A stretch of 64,000 bases of DNA. It comes from Heterodontus francisci (taxonomy: Eukaryota). Position 1 is the stretch's first letter, and the number at the start of each line of letters is the position of its first letter. Below the pieces are notes generated by a model, which was not told the origin of the DNA, made no database searches, and was given only the letters and a program-made list of their open reading frames with translations. The stretch covers positions 90,938,065-91,002,064 of the forward strand of contig NC_090385.1 in the NCBI RefSeq assembly GCF_036365525.1, read 5' to 3'. Of the stretch, positions 1-12,915 are shown in pieces. Made by a program: the position numbers and the translations under genes.

Positions 1-138
1 CATTCCGCCCCCTCCATGTTAATGAGCCGCCACGTGAAATATCACAGCGGCTCCGCGACGGACATCTCGTAGGTACGTTGCGCGCTCTTGAAGCTCACTG
101 CCGATCATCCAGCCCATAGAGTCGGGGAAATATGACTC
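1..138. mobile_element. End of a Harbinger-type MITE (truncated by window start)
   Basis: Similar to the terminal part of the MITE at 59700-59837 (catgt.aatgag..gcc.cg...ttgaagct..c.ccgatc). Confidence 0.55.
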
Positions 139-175
139 AAAAGTTACCCACAAAAGTAACAAACTAACCAATAAT

Positions 176-966
176 GGGCTGAAATTTATGATGACAGTGT
201 ACGTAAACAATGGCGGAGCTGTCGCGATATTATGCGTGGCGGCTCATTTAAATGGTCGGGGTGGACCGCCCACCCTGATGATGTGGAGGGAGTAGGCGGT
301 CCCTCCCCAGCAATGGCGTCAGCTGCCTTTGCACAGGCGCTGATGCCATTTTTAAAGGGCTTCGAGCCCAACATGCAATCTAATATTTAAAGGGAAGTGA
401 TGTTAAAAAATAAAGTAAATTGATCCTCACCCTCTCCCACCCCCCCAATAACCATAGAATTAACTACCTGCCCTCTTCCCCTGCCAAAACTTACCTTGTG
501 CACCTGACCTTCCCCCAAAGTTCAGAAACTTTAAACTTTACCCCTTCCCACCATCCCCTAGACCAAGGAAATGATTCTGAAGCTGCTTCCCCTGCAACCT
601 GCACTGAAAAACTTAACCACGTCACCTCCCCCACTCCTGCATTGGAAAGTTTACCTGCTCCCCCATCCCTACCAGTGTTCCGAACTAGTAGTGGGGAAGG
701 GGGGATCCGAAGGCACGGGAGTGCCGGCCACCGGCACCAATATTGCTCCGGGACAGATGGTGAGAGAATAGGTTTCATTAATTCTTTTATTTAAATTTAT
801 TTGCATACGTTAAAGGTGATCCTGTCACCGAGCGGCAGAGTCCGCCACCTGCAATATTGGACCAGACCTTCCCGGTGTCGAGGCCCATGGTGGGCTTTTG
901 CCAGAAGCATTTTCTGGCCCCCCTTGCCATGACCCCTGACCTCAGGGGGTCTGTAAAATTCTCCCC
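176..966. mobile_element. PIF/Harbinger-type MITE
   Basis: Imperfect TIRs gggctgaaattta / tgtaaaattctcccc, flanked by AAT..AAT 3-bp TSD; body similar to 2036-2779. Confidence 0.8.
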
Positions 967-2035
967 AATGAAACACATTGGATGAAGAAAGAGATAAGGG
1001 TGAAATTGAAACTAAAGAAAAATGCAGGTCCTCAATACATAGACAATAACAGAAAGGATGATAAAAGGGAATATAAAGAGGTTAGGAAAGAAGTCAAAAA
1101 CAATTAGCAAAGAAAAGAGGAACTACTAAATTAAATTATCAAAGAATGCAAAAATAGAGAAATATTCTACAGTCAAATATATATAAAAAAAAGGAAATCA
1201 GGACAGAGATAGGCCTACTGAGGGATTCACAAGATACATTCACAGGTAATAACAGTGAAATGGCAGATATATTGAATAATTACTTTGTTTCAGTATTTAC
1301 AAAGGACATGATATTCAAAGAAAAGATCAAAAATATGTAAAGACATTTAAGATAGAAAGTGAAGAGATAATTGATAATCTAATCAAACTGAGAGGATAAA
1401 ACCCCTGTTCTGGACGGATTGAATCCACACGCATTAAAAGAAGTTAGGAAAGAGGTAGCAGAGGCGTTATCACAAGATTCAGTATAAAAGGGAATAGTGC
1501 AAGAGGACTGATGGACAGCTAATGTGATTCCTATTTAAAAAAAGCAAGACAGAACAAGTCCAGGGGACTATCGACCAGTTAGCTTAGTGTTGGTGGTATG
1601 AAAGATAATAGAATGCTTACCCAAAGCTGTAATAGAAAAACATCTACAAACTGAAAATATAACAAAGAATAGTCAGCACGGATGTCAAAACAGAGGTCGT
1701 GCTTGACTAGTCTTATTAAATTGTTTGAGCAAGTACTGAAATGGTAGACAATGGTAATGTAATTGATGTAATATATTTAGTTTTTCAAAAGCCTTTCAAT
1801 TAGATATTGTACAGTAGAACCATAACTAAAGTCAGAGCATGTGGAGTCAGGGAACACACGTCAAATGGTCAGTAAGCTGGCTCCAAAATGGAAAACAGAC
1901 AGTAGGGATTAAAAGTTAATCAGACTGACACAAGGAGTTGGGCTGAGACCATTGTTGTTCATCATAAGCGATTTGGACTCAGGAATCGGAAGTACAATTT
2001 CAAAATTTTTGGTTGATACAAAATTAGGAGAAATA

Positions 2036-2779
2036 GGGCTGAATTTTAGAAGTCCTCCACCGAGATTGGTGGCAGTCGAAATGATAGCCACCTGCCCCTG
2101 TGGGCTGCACATTGCAGAGCTGCCACGATCCAAAGTGTGATCACGTGGAGTGGGTGGCTGTCCTTTCCCAGCAGTGGCATCAGCTGCCTTTGCACAGATG
2201 CTGATGCCATTTAGAAAGGGCTTTGAGCCTGACCATTAAATTTAAATATTTAAAGCTAAAGTGAACGAAAAAATATTAAATACATTTATTTTGCTGCACT
2301 CCCAGCCCCTAATTATAATTAAATTAATTAATTTCCCTCTCCCTCACCAAAACACTTACTTTGTCCACCTGACCTTTCCCACCCCCAAAGTGCGTAAACT
2401 TTAACCTAAAACCCTTCACACCATCCCCTAGACCAATGATATCACTTTGACCAGGCTTCCCACACTCCCGCACTGAGAAACTTACCTCCTCCCACCTCCT
2501 TGTTTGCCCGGTCGGGGATCCGAAGGTGCGGGTGTTCTGGCCTGTGGCAGGAAGATCGCACTGGGATGGAAGGCGGTGGCATAAGTATAATTTGAGGCAT
2601 TAATTTTAATTTATTTTAATATGTAAATGGAGGCGTCCAGTCACCAAGTGGTGGGGAGGGGGCCGCCAAAAGGCCTTGCCACCTCCGGCAATATCGGGTG
2701 CATTGCAGCCCTCTCCTGGAGGCATTTTCCGTCCCCCGCCTCAAAACCCAATGTCGGGGGGGTCTGTAAAATTCAGCCC
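2036..2779. mobile_element. PIF/Harbinger-type MITE
   Basis: TIRs GGGCTGAATTTTAGA / TGTAAAATTCAGCCC (14/15 match); interrupts the CR1 RT. Confidence 0.8.
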
Positions 2780-2809
2780 CTCTTGATACTGAGGACAAGT
2801 ATGTCAAAG

Positions 2810-3148
2810 TACAAGTGGTGCAGTGGTTAGCACCGCAGCCTCACAGCTCCAGCGACCCGGGTTCAATTCTGGGTACTGCCTGTGCGGAGTTTTCAAGTTC
2901 TCCCTGTGTCTGCGTGGGTTTTCGCCGGGTGCTCTGGTTTCCTCCCACATACCAAAGACTTGCAGGTTGATAGGTAAATTGGCCATTATAAATTGCCCCT
3001 AGTATAGGTAGGTGGTAGGGAAATATTGGGACAGGTGGTGATGTGGTAGGAATATGGAATTAGTGTAGGATTAGTATAAATGGGTGGCTGATGGTCGGCA
3101 CAGACTCGGTGGGCTGAAGGACCTGTTTCAATGCTGTATCTCTATCTC
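2810..3148 (+). mobile_element. HE1-like tRNA-derived V-SINE
   Basis: A box tggtgcagtgg, B box gggttcaattc, V-domain ctgtgcggagttt..ttctccctgtgtctgcgtgggttt, CR1-like tail ctgtttcaatgctgtatctcta. Confidence 0.9.
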
Positions 3149-3270
3149 TAAGACACGAATAAACCTGGCGTACGAGCATGTAACTGGCAAATGAATTTCA
3201 ATATAAATAAATGTGAGGTGGAGCATGTTGGTGAAAAGAATAAGGAGGCCACATACTCCTTAGAAAATAA

Positions 3271-4697
3271 GGGCTGAACTTTACCAGCTGTCCGACTTCA
3301 GGGATCAGGGGTCGTGGCGGGAAGCCCCAGAAAATATTTCTGGGCGACGCCCGCCTCGACGCCTGATGCCAAGAAGGCCTTGCCGCCTTTACTGGCAACG
3401 AGGCCTCGGTGCACACCACCCCGCCCCCCCCCCCCCCCCCATCCCCCCATTGCACGGCGGTGGAGCCTTAATTTGCATATTAAAATTATTGCGAATACAT
3501 GCTAATGAAGTTACCTGGACCGGGCAGCCGTTCCACACCGATATTCCGGCCGGTGTCCAGAAGTCCCGTGCCTTCAAATCCCCGTTTTGGGGTGTTAGGT
3601 GGAATGACTGAAATGATCACTCGACACCTCAGTAATTCAATCGCCAAATAGTCTTTATTTTTACACCGGTGAGGAGACAATCTCTACTGGTCAAAGCAGG
3701 AGACTTCTTCACCGATACAAAGATTCATGCGATATTTATCCTTTGTGTTACATTGATTACGATGCATTTCTTTAAACTTCTCCAATCACAGTTAAAGCAT
3801 GTACACTTGGGCTCTGCCTATATTACTAATATAACTTTTTGACAGTTTATCCATATTTTGCTGATATAGCAGTGACCGTTGTTCCACTAGGAGCCTTTTT
3901 CAACAACATGTTTTCCTCATCTATTTTTGCGACCCTGACCCTTGATGCAGACATGTCTGTTTTCAACCATACATCATTCCTGACCCAGTGTTCCTCTTAT
4001 TCTTTCCATCTGTCTTCTTTGTGATCAACAGTTGTCGAGAATTATTTTGGTTAATTGCTGTTAGTGTCAGCAGTTATCAATCCTATCGTTAATCTTCTGA
4101 TTTGTAGCAACTTGGAACTAACAATGTTCAAATGTCCCCCTTCAGGAGATTCAAGGTGAGACACTGGTGGGGAGGGGGGAGGAGTGTAATTTTCAGGTTG
4201 CGAGTTGGGGGAGTGGAGAAAACTGATTCAATTGGCTGAGGGGATGGTGGAAAGGGGTTGAGGGGCAAAGAATATGAAGTTTGGGGTTGAAAGGTGGGGA
4301 CCGGCAAAAAAAGGTTTTCCGGGGGGGTTGGAGATGGAAATAAACTTATTGGTTGATGATTGGGGTATGGAACAGGGGCTTTGATCTCTACTTTAATATT
4401 TTTACTGAAATGACATGTGGTCGTGACTTTAAAATATAACATCAGCTGTCAGGGCTGGAGGTCTTTTAAAAATGGTGCCGGACACCTGCCCGATGGCGCC
4501 TACGTCGTTACTGGGGACAGACCGACCACCCCTTCTTTGTCAGCAGGGATGGCTGCTCCACCCACTCCATTTAAATGAGCCCCCACACGAAATATCGCGT
4601 TGGCTCATTTCAGGTGGGGGCTCAGCGACGGTGGATCCAAACGGCAGACCGCCGAGATCAAGAACGTGCCGCCGCGATATCATCAAAAATAGTGACC
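3271..4697. mobile_element. Harbinger-type MITE (opposite orientation to 176-966), interrupted by an LTR
   Basis: Starts gggctgaacttta; 4150-4697 is the reverse complement of the MITE body at 176-600 / 2036-2500. Confidence 0.65.
3593..4123 (-). mobile_element. LTR (solo or 3' LTR remnant)
   Basis: Termini TGTTAG...CTAACA, minus-strand AATAAA near 3654-3659, purine tract gaaggggga on the minus strand just upstream; no clear TSD. Confidence 0.6.
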
Positions 4698-5010
4698 GTT
4701 TATTAAGACCATTTTTAAAAAAGCAGTGCTGGAATTCATTTCTGAAGTGAAAGAATTGAAAAGTAAACAAGCTGGGGGCTAAATTTGGAAGCCCCCCAAA
4801 AAACAGGCACAAGGATCATGATGCATGATGAACACATGCCTGTTGATTCCAATGCACACAGAAGGTTAACTTTGTATTGCCTGCTCATCTCAATGATTGC
4901 AGCATCTACCCAGCACTAACCATGATTGGCTGGATGCATTAGCAAGGAGTTAAATATTGTGAGTGGCTAGCATCACTTAAAGCAAGCCTGCACCTCTTCA
5001 AGGGGGACAA

Positions 5011-5145
5011 GTCAGGCAGCATCTGTGGACAGAGAAACAAAGTTAACATTTCAGGTCTGTGATCTTTCATCACAACTCTTTTTTGGCAGCAGCTGTAAAG
5101 AAAGAAACAGAGTTAGTGTTTCAGAGCTTTGACTTTTCATCCTGT
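5011..5145 (-). repeat. Two tandem Penelope-type repeat units with degenerate minimal hammerhead motifs
   Basis: Minus strand reads GTGATGA-aagatcacagacct-GAAA-tgttaac and GGATGA-aaagtcaaagctct-GAAA-cactaac. Confidence 0.5.
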
Positions 5146-5224
5146 TAAAGGGGAGCTGCATTGTGGCTGGAGCAGGTGTTGGCAGTCATGTAGGAAGTGA
5201 ATCTGAACACGAAAACAATGAAGA

Positions 5225-6860
5225 ATGGCACAGCATGGGAGAGCGCAAGAGGAGAAGACAGCCGTGGAGGTCAATGGTCGATGTACATTAAATGTATCCT
5301 CAAATGCCACATCCTACCAAATGTACCCCAAGCCTCAGACACTGCTCAATTCATCACATCCCACCACTCACCGACCAACAATCTCTATCAATCAGGACTC
5401 AGACCAAACACCCAATCACTTCAACAAAAATAAAATACTGCAGATGCTGGAAATCTGAAATAAAAACAAAAAGTGCTGGAAATAAACAGCAGGTCAAGCA
5501 GCATCTGTAGAGCGAGAAGCTTCTCTCTCCACAGATGCTGCCAGACCTGCTGAGTATTTCCAACATTTTTTGTTTTTATAACCCATATACTTCACTTCAC
5601 CCTCATGTGCTTAGCACTGCTGCAAGCCTCACCTCACATCTCACAGCTTGCACACACTGCCAGTTATTCAACCATGATGGCTACGCCACCCAAACAGATT
5701 ACCCTATATCCCTCTCTGACACACTCAGGCACACAACCAGAAACAGCAGGAGTTAACTGAAGGAAAACAGGCTTGTCCTAACCTCTCATGGAGGAGACGA
5801 TACCGGCCACTTTTGTGACGTGAACTGCTGAGGCTGTGGCCAGTGGTGAGGCTAAAACAATCAAAGATGATGATATCTTCATAGCCAATCCTCCTCCTCA
5901 CATCCCACCTCCTCCTCATTCACACTCTCTTATTTACAAGCTGCAGATGATGTAACCATGCACCTCTTATCTTCTGCACCCTCCATGATCACAACCTTAC
6001 CCTTGTGCCATTCTTCTTTCAGATACTCGAGAAGTACAAGCTGCCTAATAATTGGAGGAACAGCAAGAAGACAGTGATGTTAACAATGAACCATCATATA
6101 ACTAACTACACATTCACAGTCACTAGCTCACAGACTGATGCTGTGCATCATTTAGAGAATAGATTGGAGGCAGGATCTGCATATAGTGCACTCGTCTCCT
6201 GCAGCCAGGGGGCAAGGTTAACACAGGTGCCAGCTTGCTGGAGGGTGAGATTGCACATGAGTTCTGCTGTGGAAGACTCAGATGGGGACTTTGATGGGGC
6301 AGCTTACAGAAGAATGCTGATAGATACGCACAATGACATGTTTATTGCATTGGGAATCTGCCAGAAAGCCTATGGTCAATGGCAAGGAGCACGGAGGAGT
6401 CGAGCACCAACTTTTCTCAGAGCTTGGAGCCCATTCTCTCCAACAAGAAAGTGGTGGCCAACACTGCTCGCACACTTGTGGGCCCAACCATCATGCAGCA
6501 TTTGATGGCAGAGATCACAGCTTCCATTGCAACCGAAGCAGCAGCCAGCCAACATCTGAGTGCTGCAGTGGAAGCTCAGACTGCTACCATCATGGCTGTA
6601 GATTATAGTGTACAATGGGACTTGCAGGTATCACAGCACTCCTGCAATCTAACCTGCAACAAATTACTAGGATTGCTGAGGCACCGTGGAGCATGAGCCT
6701 GATGCCCTCTCTTGGAGCCAAAGCATTCATCTTTCACTGAAAGTTTGCAGTATTCCACCAGCCATGTTGCAGCCACTGGGCAGCAGTGCATAAGAGCACA
6801 AGGACAGGCAAAGGCACATGGAAGGCAGGCACTATGGGAATGCACAAGGTTGATTAACTG
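5225..6860 (+). pseudogene. Harbinger Myb/SANT-like (MSANTD-type) gene remnant with introns
   Basis: Homologous to the minus-strand Myb-like gene at 17960-24030 (shared ttacaagctgcagatg block; EESSTNFSQSLEPILS...QTATIMA coiled-coil-like region). Confidence 0.65.
5425..5580. repeat. Palindromic Penelope-derived/MITE-like repeat
   Basis: Arms ...gctggaaataaacagcaggtcaagcagcatctgtagagcgagaag|cttctctctccacagatgctgccagacctgctgagtatttccaac...; same family as 62015-62175. Confidence 0.75.
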
Positions 6861-6959
6861 CACAGATTAGGGTATTATTTCATTAATAAATTTGGTTTGG
6901 AATGTTTATTTTGTGATGGTCAGTGACAGAGGGAAGGTAAAGTGTGGGACTGTTGGTGA

Positions 6960-8330
6960 ATGGGGAATTGGGGTTTGCGGTTACTCGTATCACATTCAGA
7001 TGAGTTCTTCATGGGCAGAAAGGGGCTGTCTAAGTTGCTTCCTCCCTTCCTCATTCTCATACCCCTGCTCCTTAGCTGGTGGCAAAGGCTGTGCCCTTGA
7101 GATGCCAGTTGTGCAGCATGGAGTACTGCCAAGGTGTGCAGCATGAATACTGCAAGGTCCCTCCATAATGGTCCAGGCGGAAGTGGCATTGGTCTGCATT
7201 TTATCCTGGCGATGGGGGTCCCGGCAGAAATCCTTTGTGGGCACCCTTTGTCTACTCTGCCATGCACTGGAATTGAAAGGGATTCCACTCCCTCAACATC
7301 CAGCTGGTGAGAGACCACAGGCAGCCAATAATGCAGGTCAATGCTTGGTATCCTGGCAGCCGCCATGCTGCCTTTATTCTGCAGTAATCTGCTGAGCCAA
7401 CCAAAGGGCAAAAACGAGGTGACAAAGGTATCCATTGACAATAAGGCTGATGATGCCAATGTGCAATGCACCCACATGCACACACATACAGTGAAAGCCA
7501 TGCTGCTGTATGAAATATGATATTGCAGACCTTCGGCATGCTGAAACAATGTGTTGCCCTGGCCCTCTGCCTGACTAGCCCTGGGTGACCCCAAACTCAC
7601 TCACCTATCCCGGGGCTTCCTGCAGTACCAGCAGTGGCCCCACTCCTGGTGATGCTGCTGGTACTGCTGCACTGCTGGACCTCCGATTGGCTGGCAGTTC
7701 TGGAGGCATAAGCTCATTGCTGAAAGAGACGGCAGGAAGTTAATTGCCTGCCTGCTGTGAAATGGCTTTGGTGTTCCAGCAGTCAACAGCACCCTGCCAC
7801 ATGGGGACACCTGTAATGCCAGCAAAGCTGTGTGCTCAGTTAGCCTACTTCTCTCTCATAAGACAGGATGAAATGTTGTTAGCTCTCAATGAGTAGAGAG
7901 TTTCAGTGACCTCCCCTGCACAACAGTGAACGGCAAAGTACAAGATGTTCTAAATATCTCCACCTGGAAGTGGTAAGATGTATAAAAGTTCATTGCCACA
8001 GACACCTTCATAGCCATTGACAAAGCAGTCCTTACCCTGCTCTGAGGTTGCAGTTGTGGCTCCAGCAGGTGTCAGATTTGAGTGAGGACATCTTTACTGA
8101 TGTGCAGACATCACCCGCATTGTCCCTCACTGAGGTTGGGGTCGAATTTCTTCCTGAACAGCCTGGGTGGATATGCCCTCTTGCTGAGATACCTCCTCCC
8201 CTCATCTTCCTCCCTCTTCCAGCAGTTTGGTCCTGCTCTGCGTGGCCTCTGTTCATTCTCCAAAGTCATACTGTATTCCAAGGGGAATGGTGGCTAGAGC
8301 ACCCTTGGCTGGAGCAACTAGTTTGTGCAA
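6960..8330 (-). pseudogene. HARBI1-like DDE transposase remnant (central segment inverted)
   Basis: Minus strand: HLLEPQLQPQSRVRTALSMAMKVSVAMNFY (about 8070-7980) and LDHYGGTLQYS..MLHN (7183-7100). Plus strand 7184-7560: KGFHSLNIQLV, YPGSRHAAFIL, GDKGYPL, YSESHAA..FGMLKQ. Confidence 0.8.
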
Positions 8331-8477
8331 ATGTCTTGAAGTCAGGGAAGTGTCCGACAGCTCCCGCCACAACACTCACTGTCGACTTCAGCAACTTCAA
8401 ACAACTATAGAAAGCACTAAACACTTATACAATCAATGCAACAGCCTGAAGAAATCAATGAACAACTCATCTGTAAG

Positions 8478-9392
8478 TAGAGTTGGAGTCAATACGACAC
8501 AAAAGGAGGCCATTCAGCTCATCAAGTCTATGCTGGCTCTCTATAGAGCAATCCAGTCAGTCTCATTACTCTTGCAAGTTTATTTTCCTCAAGTGTCTAT
8601 CCAATTTTCTTGTGAAATCATTGATTGTCTCTGCTTCCAGTACCCATGTAGGCAGCGACTTCCAGGTCATTACCATTGGGAAAAAAAGTTCTTCTCACAC
8701 GCCCCTGGATCTCTTGTCCAAAACCTTAATGTGTGCCCTCCAGTCCTTGTACCATCAGCTTTTCATCCTTTTTTAAACCTATCGTATTCTTGTACACCTC
8801 TATCAAATCTTCCCTCAACCTCCCTTGCTCGAAGGAGATCAAACGCAGCTTCTCCAAACTAATCTTGTAGCTATGTTCCCTCATCCCTGGAACCAATCTG
8901 GTAAATCTCCTCTGCACCTTCTCAAGGACCCTCGCATCCTTCCTAAAGTGTGGTGACTGGAACTAGTTGCGGTCAAACCAGAGCTTTATAAAGCTTCAGC
9001 ATAACTTTCTTGCTTTTCTGCTCAATGTCTCTTTTTATGAACCCCAAAATCCCATTGCTTTGCTAACTATTTTCTCAATCTATCCTGCCACCTTCAATGA
9101 TCTATGCACATGATCCCCCAGCTCCCACTTTCCCTGCACACTCCTTGGAACAGTGCCAATTGAGTCGATGTTTCCTCTCCCTATCACTCCTGCCAAAATG
9201 CATCAACTCACACTTCTGTTTTCCATCTATCACTTGCCTGTCCATTCTGCTAACCTATCTATATCCTTCTGCAGTGGATTTGTTTCAACGTCACTGTCCG
9301 CCATACCTCCAAGTTTGGTATTGTCAGCAAATTTTGAAATTTTACTCTGCATTACAATATCCAAGTCATATATAAATATACACAATCTGCAC
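8478..9392 (-). mobile_element. CR1 LINE 3' fragment
   Basis: ORF 8726..8917 QRRFTRLVPGMR..LEKLRL..RLREDLIEVYK; CR1 3' tail near 8490. Confidence 0.85.
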
Positions 9393-9394
9393 TA

Positions 9395-9725
9395 AGGTAG
9401 GTGTGGGTGTGAAGAACACTGGGCAGATCGCACCTCCTTGTGATGACGAGGTCTATTTGGTGCCAGACCTTGGGCGATGCAATGATACCTTGTGGTGATG
9501 TCTGCATTGGAAGAAAGTGTTGTTGATGCAGAGTTCATTCAGGGCACAAAGCTCAAGAAAGTGTTGTCAATTATCATTGATCTTGCCAACCCCATGACGA
9601 CTGAAGCACGTTGGCCATGAATAATTGTCTGCCCCAACACGTGCGATGAAGTCACCCGGGATGAATAGCCTCTTACCATCTGGGATAGTCTTCAGAACGT
9701 CACCGAGGGAGTCATAGTCAAAGTA
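9395..9725 (-). mobile_element. RTE-clade LINE endonuclease fragment
   Basis: Minus strand encodes YDSLGDVLKTIPDGKRLFIPGDFIARVGAD..WP.C..RHGVGKIND and WHQIDLVITRR. Confidence 0.75.
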
Positions 9726-9795
9726 TCACCCTAGCAAAGGCCCTCCCCTTGGCACTAAGGAGTGAGATGCCCCTGTAGAAAAGCAGAGGGAAAGC

Positions 9796-11235
9796 AGCTA
9801 CAACACTAGCATCTATCCAGCAATGTGGAAAATTGCGCAGGTATGTCCTGTACACAAACAGCAGGACAGGTCCAAACCGGCCAAATGCCACCCTATCAGT
9901 CTACTCTCAATCATCAGTAAAGTGATGGAAGGTATCATCAACAGTGCCATCAAGCGGCACTTGCTTAGCAATAACATGCTTAGTGATGCTCAGTTTCGGT
10001 TTCGCCAGGGCCATTCTGCTCCTGACCTCTTACAGCCTTGGTTCAAATATGGACAAAAAAGCTGAACTCAAGAGGTGAGGTGAGAGTGACTGCCCTTGAC
10101 ATCAAGGCTGCATTTGACCGAGTATAGCATCAATGTGCCCTAGCAAAACTGAGGTCAGTGGGAATCAGGGGGAAAACTCTCAGCTGGTTGGAGTCATACC
10201 TTGTGCAAAGATGGTTGTGGTTGTTGAAGGTCAATCATCTCGTCTCCAGGACTTCACTGCAGGAGTTCCTCAGTGTAGTGTCTGAGGTCAAACCATCTTC
10301 AGCTGCTTCATCACTAACCTTCCTTCAATCGCAAGGTCAGAAGTGGGGATGTTTGCTGATGATTGTACAATATTCAGCACCATTCGTGACTCCTCAGATA
10401 CTGAAGCAGTCCATGCAGAAATGCAGCAAGAGCTGGACAATATCCAGGCTTGGGCTGATAAGTGGCAAGTAACATTCATGCCACAAGTGCCAGGCAATGA
10501 CCATCTCAAGCAAGAAAGAATCTAACCATCTCCCCTTGACATTCAATGGCATTACCATCGCTGAATCCCCCACTATCAACACCTTACGGGTTACCATTGA
10601 CCAGAAACTGAACTGGAGTAGCCATATAAATACCTATGGCTACAAGAGCAGGTCAGAGGTTAGGAATACTGCGATGAGCAACTCACCTCCTGTCTGCCCA
10701 AAGGCTGTCCACTATCTACAAGGCACAAGTCAGGAGTGTGACAGAATACTCTCCACTTGCCTGGATGGGTGCAGCTCCAACACACTCAAGGAGCTCAACA
10801 CCATCCAGAACAAAGCAGCACGCTTTATTGGCACCTCATCCACAAACATTCATGCCCTCCACCACCGACGCACAGGAGCAGCAGTGTGTACCATCTTCAA
10901 GATGCACTGCAGCAACGTACCAAGGCTCCTTAGCCAGCATCTTCCAAACCCGCGACCTCTAGAAGGACAAGGGCAGCAAATGCATGGGAACACCACCACC
11001 TGCAAGTTCCCCTCCGAGTCACACACCATCCTGACTTGGAACTATATCGCCGTTCCTTCACCGTCACTGGGCCAAAATCCTGGAACTCCCTTCCTGACAG
11101 CACTGTGGATGTACCTACCCCAAATGGACTGCAGCGGTTCAAGAAGGCAGCTCACCACCATGTCCTCAAGGGCAATTAGGGATGGGAAATAAATGCTGGC
11201 CTAGACCACATCCCATAAATGAATGTAAAAAAAAA
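9796..11235 (+). mobile_element. L2/CR1-superclade LINE, RT and 3' end
   Basis: WKIAQVCPVHK..PISLLSIISKVME..QF.FR.GHS, FADD; 3' end aaatgctggcc..cacatcccataaatgaat + A tail. Confidence 0.85.
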
Positions 11236-11965
11236 TGCTACCACCTTTGATCAACTTGCAAAATGTGCATGGGATAACACCAGGCTAACCCTTAGGACCA
11301 AGCTGATGGATTTCCAAGGTCCGTGTCCTCAGCACCTTGCTGTATGGCTGTGAAACATGGGTGATTTACAGCTACCAGGAAAAGAAGTTCACTAATTTCC
11401 ATCTTATCTGTCTGCAGCACATTGTGGGTATATCCTGGCAGGACAAAATTATAAATGTGGCAGTCCTTTCAAAGGCAGAGCCCCTAAGTGTCTAAGGACT
11501 TATCAAACAGAGGCGGGTACGGTGGATCGGACACATCTGCAGGATGGAAAACATTGGGTACCCAACGATCTTCTGTATGGTGAGGTAGCCGGGGCCAGAC
11601 GACCAGTGGGGCGCCAAAAGCTCCGCCTCATGGAGCCTTGTAAGCGTGACATGAAGGCCCCGAATGTTGACTATCACACTTGGGTGTCACTAGCTGGCAA
11701 AAGAGGAAAATGATGACCTATCCGATGGGCTGGTGTGCACTGCCACAATGACCAGTTACTACGGCAGCTTGGCAAAAGGCGTCATTGTCAAAAACAACAA
11801 CTCATGGCGTCACTTGGCAGCTTCACGTGAAGCACTTGTGGCAGAACCTGCTCCTCAAAGATTGGCCTTCATGGCCATCAGCCAAGGTGCACCAAGAGAA
11901 GACACCCCAACTAAATGGATTGTTTGCTGCGTGTCCATCATCTTTCATAGATGGAAGGATGCCAA
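11236..11965 (+). mobile_element. RTE-clade LINE 3' fragment
   Basis: LSTLLYGCETW, WQDKIIN..VL, PNDLLYGEV.GARRPVGRQKLR motifs typical of the RTE ORF C-terminus. Confidence 0.8.
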
Positions 11966-12915
11966 CCTATATAAATATGCGATATAGAAAAGAACCTGGT
12001 CTGGCAAACATGTGACTCCTCTGTCACACTATGTGACTGAACCTTATTGCCATCTGAAGCAGCAAAACAAACCAGAATTGCTACAATATTTGATAATAAG
12101 GAGAAAATCCGATAGACCTATTTGCAATGGCCCAGACATCAGTTATAAAACTACAGCAAACTCAGTCAGGTTGACCCTACTGATCCTCGTCTCCAACATC
12201 TATGACTAATAATCATGTTCATTGAGTTGTCTCATTGTCCAGTCAAGCAACAAACTGGCATCATCATACTCACAGAATTATACCTATCAATCAACATCCC
12301 AGATTCCTCTCACCGTAATCCCAGCAGGACAGACTCACCAGAAGTTGTGGCACAATGGTCTACAGTGGTGAGAGAGTGACTTTGGGAGTAGTTAATATTA
12401 AGTAGTTGATGATCCCTCTAAATAGCACAAGTGGGCAGGGGTCTGGTCTGTGCGAGTTTGGGAGGGCATTAGCTGGAGCATTGAGCTTCAAAATACCACC
12501 ACTGGGATCAAATCAACATTACACACTGATTGACTTCCTGATCTGCCTGCTGTGCATACTTCCAGGGCATATTTACCCCTGTCACCAATATGGCATCCAT
12601 CACAATTCACCCCACAACTGTGCATGCACTGTGGATGCTATTTTGAAGCTCGAAACTATTTGGCCTTTTCCTCTGTTCTCCAAGCTTGGTTTATAAAATT
12701 GTAAGAGCACAGGCCGATCTATATTTTTACGATGGTAAATGATGTCCTGGCAACTCGTCTCTTAGCAGATTATGAGCCGTTTTCTCGAACTGGGTAATTC
12801 TCAATCTGTTTCCAAACTATGTGTTGATCATACCTAGACACAAGATTCAAATTCCCTTCCCTCCACTATCACTGTAACACTCAAAACCAAGAAAAAGGAT
12901 GGTGGGATAGATTTA

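Larger units (their letters stand above)
4774..12810. mobile_element. Decayed autonomous-type PIF/Harbinger transposon 1 (Myb/SANT gene +, transposase -), with nested LINEs
   Basis: Left end ggggctaaatttgg... is homologous to the reverse complement of the Harbinger 2 end (about 24270-24334). Carries both gene remnants. Right end near 12565-12810 is tentative. Confidence 0.65.

Noticed and set aside
2810-2880. tRNA genes at SINE heads (also 19907, 48020, 57160, 58110)
   Set aside because: A/B boxes run into SINE bodies; no complete cloverleaf seen.
6920-8862. Long ORFs of 226 aa (6920-7600 -) and 211 aa (8227-8862 +)
   Set aside because: Off-frame or antisense readings across transposase and CR1 remnants.
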